Part shown: positions 60,114 to 64,000 of the stretch, piece after piece
How positions within the stretch are numbered: position 1 is the stretch's first letter
Layout of the letters: each line of letters begins with the position of its first letter
Assembly (NCBI GenBank): GCA_965215015.1
Contig: OZ244042.1
Location: forward strand, 2,336,001 to 2,400,000
Reading direction: 5' to 3'
DNA: 64,000 bases
DNA from: Candidatus Poribacteria bacterium
Lineage (GTDB): Bacteria; Poribacteria; WGA-4E; PCPOR2b
Made by a program: the position numbers and the translations under genes
Notes under the pieces: generated by a model
What the model was told of the DNA's origin: nothing
Databases searched by the model: none
Seen by the model: only the letters and a program-made list of their open reading frames with translations

Positions 60114-61298
60114 ATGAAAATCACCGAACTTGAAATTCTGCGGGTGCCACCGAGCTGGGTTTGGTTGCGGATACATACCGACACCGAACTGATCGGGCTG
60201 GGTGAACCCCATCTTGAGGGACATTCGGAAACTGTTATCACCGAAGTCAAGCGGCTTGAGCCACTGCTAATTGGAAAAGATCCGTGTCGTGTCGAAGAAC
60301 TATGGCATCTGATGTATGGCGAAGGCTATGTGGGCGGCCCCGTCAAAATGAGCGCAATCAGTGGGATTGACATTGCGCTGTGGGACTTGGCGGGCAAAGC
60401 GGCTGGGCTGCCTATCTACAAGATGCTTGGTGGTGCCTGCCACGACCGAATTCGTATGTATCATGCGACGGGTGGGGGGCTACCTTGGTGCGTGGAGCCG
60501 GGACAACCCTACCGCGCCGGAAGACCGCCGGAAAGCTCGCTGACACCCGATGCGCCAGAAACCTATAGGGAGGCAGCGCGAGTGCTGACCGAAGAATGGG
60601 GCTTTCGATGCCTGAAAGTCCACTTCGGCCCGGGGGCTGACTTGCCAATTACTTCACAGGTAGAGGCGTTTGGAGAAAAATTCGCCGCCGTGTGTGAAGG
60701 AGCAGGGCCAGACGCTGATGTGGCTGTGGACATCCATAACCCACACCCGGCAATCGCCAAACAACTCATTGAGGTGCTTACTCCGCACCGACCGCTTTTT
60801 GTCGAAGAACCTATGCCTGTTGAGCGGGTGGATGTGCTCGCCCAAATTGTACAAAACGCCAGCGTCCCAATTGCCGCAGGTGAACGCTGGATGGGCAAAT
60901 GGATCTTTTTCGATGCACTTTCCCGCGGCGCGTTGTCTGTATTACAACCAGACATCTGCCACGCGGGGGGCATTACGGAATGCCGTAAAATTGCGGTGAT
61001 GGGCGAAGCTGCCTACGCCAAGTTAGCGTTGCACTGTCCACTCAGTCCGCTTGCTCTGGCAGCCTCAATTCAACTTGATGCCTGCACGCCTAACTTCTTG
61101 GTACAGGAACACAACGAAGTGAATGACACGCGCGATGGCTCCCGCACGTTAATCGGTAAAGGGTATTTCAAAGAGCCTTTCGTGCTTGACCATGAAGGTT
61201 GTGTGCCAGTTCCGGACGGACCGGGGCTGGGGATTTCGTTGGATGAAGAGGGTATGGAACGAATCATGGCCAAGCCGTGGAGTCTCCAGCGAGGATAA
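60114..61298 (+). CDS. galactonate dehydratase-like enolase superfamily protein
   Basis: VPPSWVWLRIHTD, SAISGIDIALWDLAGK, VDIH, FVEEP, AAGER, HCPLSP. Confidence 0.88.
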   Translation: MKITELEILRVPPSWVWLRIHTDTELIGLGEPHLEGHSETVITEVKRLEPLLIGKDPCRVEELWHLMYGEGYVGGPVKMSAISGIDIALWDLAGKAAGLPIYKMLGGACHDRIRMYHATGGGLPWCVEPGQPYRAGRPPESSLTPDAPETYREAARVLTEEWGFRCLKVHFGPGADLPITSQVEAFGEKFAAVCEGAGPDADVAVDIHNPHPAIAKQLIEVLTPHRPLFVEEPMPVERVDVLAQIVQNASVPIAAGERWMGKWIFFDALSRGALSVLQPDICHAGGITECRKIAVMGEAAYAKLALHCPLSPLALAASIQLDACTPNFLVQEHNEVNDTRDGSRTLIGKGYFKEPFVLDHEGCVPVPDGPGLGISLDEEGMERIMAKPWSLQRG

Positions 61299-61423
61299 TG
61301 TAGTGTAAACCGCTTTTCTACTTGACGATGTGGTGGAACTATGTCACGATAAAGTGGGAGTGTATTCTAGGGGGTTGTATAGCTATAAATGACTAACATT
61401 GTGATTCAACGGAAGGGGTTGGC

Positions 61424-63088
61424 ATGAAAACGATAGATGCAATTGCAAAAACGTTGAAAGCGGAAGGAATCGAATACTTGAGTTGTTTTCCTACGACCTC
61501 GATGATCGAAGCCGCGGCCCAGGCAGGTATCCGCCCGATTATCTGCCGGCAGGAACGGGTTGGGGTGCATATTGCAGACGGGTATTCGAGGGTCACAAAC
61601 GGAGCCAAACCCGGGGTTTTCGCTATGCAATACGGTCCGGGGACCGAAAATAGTTTCGCAGGTATAGCCACCGCTTTCTCCGATTCGGTTCCGATGCTTT
61701 TGTTGCCACTTGGACACCCCGTCGATCGTCACGGGGTTTCACCCCTGTTTCGGTCAGAGGTTAGCTACGCTGCCATCACCAAGCGGGTGGAAGTGGTGAC
61801 ATCTACGGAGCGTGTGCACGGTGTAATGCGTCGGTCTCTAGCGGCGTTGCGGCAGGGTAGACCGGGACCCGTGATGGTTGAAATTCCGGCGGACGTGGCG
61901 ATACAGGAGATGAGTGATTTCAATGGAGATACCTCTCATGTGAAGCCCGTCAAATCCCAAGGCGATCCGAAGGATATTGAAGCCGCTGCCAAAGCCTTAT
62001 GTAGTGCCCAAGGTCCTGTCATTTATGCTGGGCAGGGGGTCTTGTACGCAGAAGCGACAGAGGAACTGCGGGAACTTTCTGAATTCTTAGCTGTGCCGGT
62101 GCTGACAACGTTAATGGGAAAAAGTGCTTTTCCTGAGGCGCATCCGCTCGCGTTGGGGTGTGGGACAGGTTCAATGCCCAAGGTGCTTCACCATTTCTTG
62201 CACGCAGCGGATCTGATATGTGGGATTGGCTGCAGCTTTACCGACCACGTCATGGCGATGCGACTGCCAGCAGGAAAGACAATTATCCACGCTACAAATG
62301 ATCCCGTTGACGTTCAGAAAGACCTGGACGTGGATTACCCTATCGTCGGAGATGCCAAGCTGGTCCTTCGTCAACTGTTAGAGGCATGCAAAGATATTAC
62401 AGGGAATCAGGTTCGGTCAACCAACGACGTGGCTTCACAAATCGCAGCCATCAACGCAGAGTGGCTTAGGGACTGGATGCCCAAACTCACAAGCGACGAG
62501 ATCCCCATTACTCCCTTTCGTGTGATTTGGGACTTGATGCGAGCCATTCCCCCTGAGGATGCAATTGTGACACATGACGCCGGCAGTCCGCGTGAACGGA
62601 TGATTAGCTTCTATCGGTCTGCCGGACCGCGTAGCTTCATCGGTTGGGGCAAATCCCACGCGCTGGGCACAGGCTTGGGACTCATCATCGGAGCCAAGCT
62701 GGCGAAGCCGGAAAAAGTCTGCACCTACGTTACAGGAGATACAGCGTTTGGCATGGTTGGGCTTGACTTTGAAACCGCTGTACGGCAAGGGATTCCTATT
62801 ATTACGGTGTTGTTTAACAACGGTGGTATGGCAGGAGAAGCGACGGGCGTTGCTGAAGCGGAGTATCAAATCAGCAATCTCGGCAGCGATTACGCAGACC
62901 TTGCGCGGGCGATGGGCGGTCATGGAGAGCGGATTGAAAACCCTGCGGAAATTGTTCCGGCGTTCCAGCGTGCCCGCCGTGTTACTGAAGATGACGGGCT
63001 TCCGGTATTGCTTGAGTTTATGACAACGCGCGAGAGAGGCTCATCTGGGCCCGGCAACGATTTTAAGCCTGTAGGGTTACCTAGTTGA
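61424..63088 (+). CDS. thiamine pyrophosphate-dependent enzyme, acetolactate synthase-like
   Basis: CRQER...IADGYSR, GRPGPVMVEIP, GDTAFGM...NNG. Confidence 0.9.
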   Translation: MKTIDAIAKTLKAEGIEYLSCFPTTSMIEAAAQAGIRPIICRQERVGVHIADGYSRVTNGAKPGVFAMQYGPGTENSFAGIATAFSDSVPMLLLPLGHPVDRHGVSPLFRSEVSYAAITKRVEVVTSTERVHGVMRRSLAALRQGRPGPVMVEIPADVAIQEMSDFNGDTSHVKPVKSQGDPKDIEAAAKALCSAQGPVIYAGQGVLYAEATEELRELSEFLAVPVLTTLMGKSAFPEAHPLALGCGTGSMPKVLHHFLHAADLICGIGCSFTDHVMAMRLPAGKTIIHATNDPVDVQKDLDVDYPIVGDAKLVLRQLLEACKDITGNQVRSTNDVASQIAAINAEWLRDWMPKLTSDEIPITPFRVIWDLMRAIPPEDAIVTHDAGSPRERMISFYRSAGPRSFIGWGKSHALGTGLGLIIGAKLAKPEKVCTYVTGDTAFGMVGLDFETAVRQGIPIITVLFNNGGMAGEATGVAEAEYQISNLGSDYADLARAMGGHGERIENPAEIVPAFQRARRVTEDDGLPVLLEFMTTRERGSSGPGNDFKPVGLPS

Positions 63089-63244
63089 ACGTTTGAAGCT
63101 TTGTAGTTCGGTGATTCATCGCCGCTGGATACCGTTGCCAACGTCCGATTAATCGGGCAACCCCAGCAGAGACTTCATAAGGGGGCCTAGGGAACAGCGA
63201 TAGTTGTTCCCTACTGAAGCGCGTAACTCCTAGCTTATATAACT

Positions 63245-63677
63245 GAGGGGTGCTCATAAATCCAATTCGTGAAATCGTGTCCTCGGAGGGGTGCCATTTC
63301 TCAGGAGTTGGCAGCCTTAGAACGTCTCTGTATCGCAGATTCATACCGATTCTTGGATGGCACCGAGGGTGCCCAATCTGTGTTTTCGGGGTCATCTGTG
63401 TAATCCGTGATTCAGACAATAAGGAGACCCCTTCCTCAGGCCTATCTCGGCGTTTAGATGTGAACGTGACTCATCTCATCCTGTGAATCCTTGAATTCTG
63501 AAAAGTCTGATTCAGATCGCTTTGAATCCCGAGGACACCAACACCATTGCGCTAGAGTTCTAGGCTCAATGAGCCCGGCGTGTAACGCAACATATAGGGT
63601 ATTTTCGGGGCAAGAATCCGTGCAACCCGCTTCATCAGTTGAATCCGCGATTCAGACAATAATTATGAGCACCCCTC
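63245..63677. mobile_element. long MITE with perfect 15-bp TIR and 8-bp target duplication
   Basis: GAGGGGTGCTCATAA...TTATGAGCACCCCTC flanked by ATATAACT on both sides. Confidence 0.88.
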
Positions 63678-63748
63678 ATATAACTTGACTACGGTTAATC
63701 GGATGAGAGGACAGAGACAAGTAGAAAACAAAAACAGGGAGAACCACC

Positions 63749-64000
63749 ATGGCACTCACACCTCAAGAGATACAACTTTTTCGGCATAACGGCTTCATCA
63801 AATTACCGACACGGTTGACTGATGACCTTGTAGATGGACTGAAAGCAGCGGCATTAAAAAATATTCGGGAGGCGGTTGAACCGGTTGCACGTAATAAAGA
63901 CGGACGGGTGATTCGCATTTCCAATCTGTGGGGGCGCGGCGGCATCTTTCGGGAGACAATCGTGTGCGACGAAATCCTTAACCCCTTGGAGTCGTTATTG
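63749..64000 (+). CDS. phytanoyl-CoA dioxygenase family protein (5' part, runs off window)
   Basis: SD GGGAG; MALTPQEIQLFRHNGFIKLP... typical PhyH N-terminus. Confidence 0.7.
   Translation, partial: MALTPQEIQLFRHNGFIKLPTRLTDDLVDGLKAAALKNIREAVEPVARNKDGRVIRISNLWGRGGIFRETIVCDEILNPLESLL

Noticed and set aside
385-63945. Numerous 60-200 aa ORFs overlapping or antisense to called genes or within MITEs
   Set aside because: Shadow frames without SD or recognisable motifs
1-64000. tRNA, rRNA or known riboswitch
   Set aside because: None recognised by eye; a tRNAscan/Rfam scan would be needed to exclude them formally

Overview
Bacterial chromosomal window. The gene content and intergenic style resemble Candidatus Poribacteria (4 enolase/mandelate-racemase paralogs, 3 phytanoyl-CoA-dioxygenase paralogs, dense REP/MITE-filled intergenic spaces); this taxonomic call is inference. 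The core part holds hisC, an Smr-less mutS2, a CIRCE-controlled hrcA-grpE-dnaK-dnaJ-prmA cluster, ABC exporters, catabolic enzymes, a CotH kinase and an ECF sigma factor. There are several decayed IS200/IS605 elements, a MITE family with 8-bp target duplications and two restriction-modification relics. The most unusual part is a ~10 kb island (~44.1-54.2 kb) with an intact Cre-like tyrosine recombinase, a secreted 8-Cys peptide with membrane-protein neighbours, an IS1595 plus its deletion derivative carrying a passenger ORF, and a CI/Cro-like pair. Most intergenic spaces of this island are filled by a small vocabulary of 25-50 bp palindromic modules that are shuffled, nested inside each other and inserted into ORFs, including the recombinase itself. 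A second highlight is an Rpn-like PD-(D/E)xK gene with a strong intragenic Shine-Dalgarno/ATG, plus an orphan copy of only its C-terminal part.
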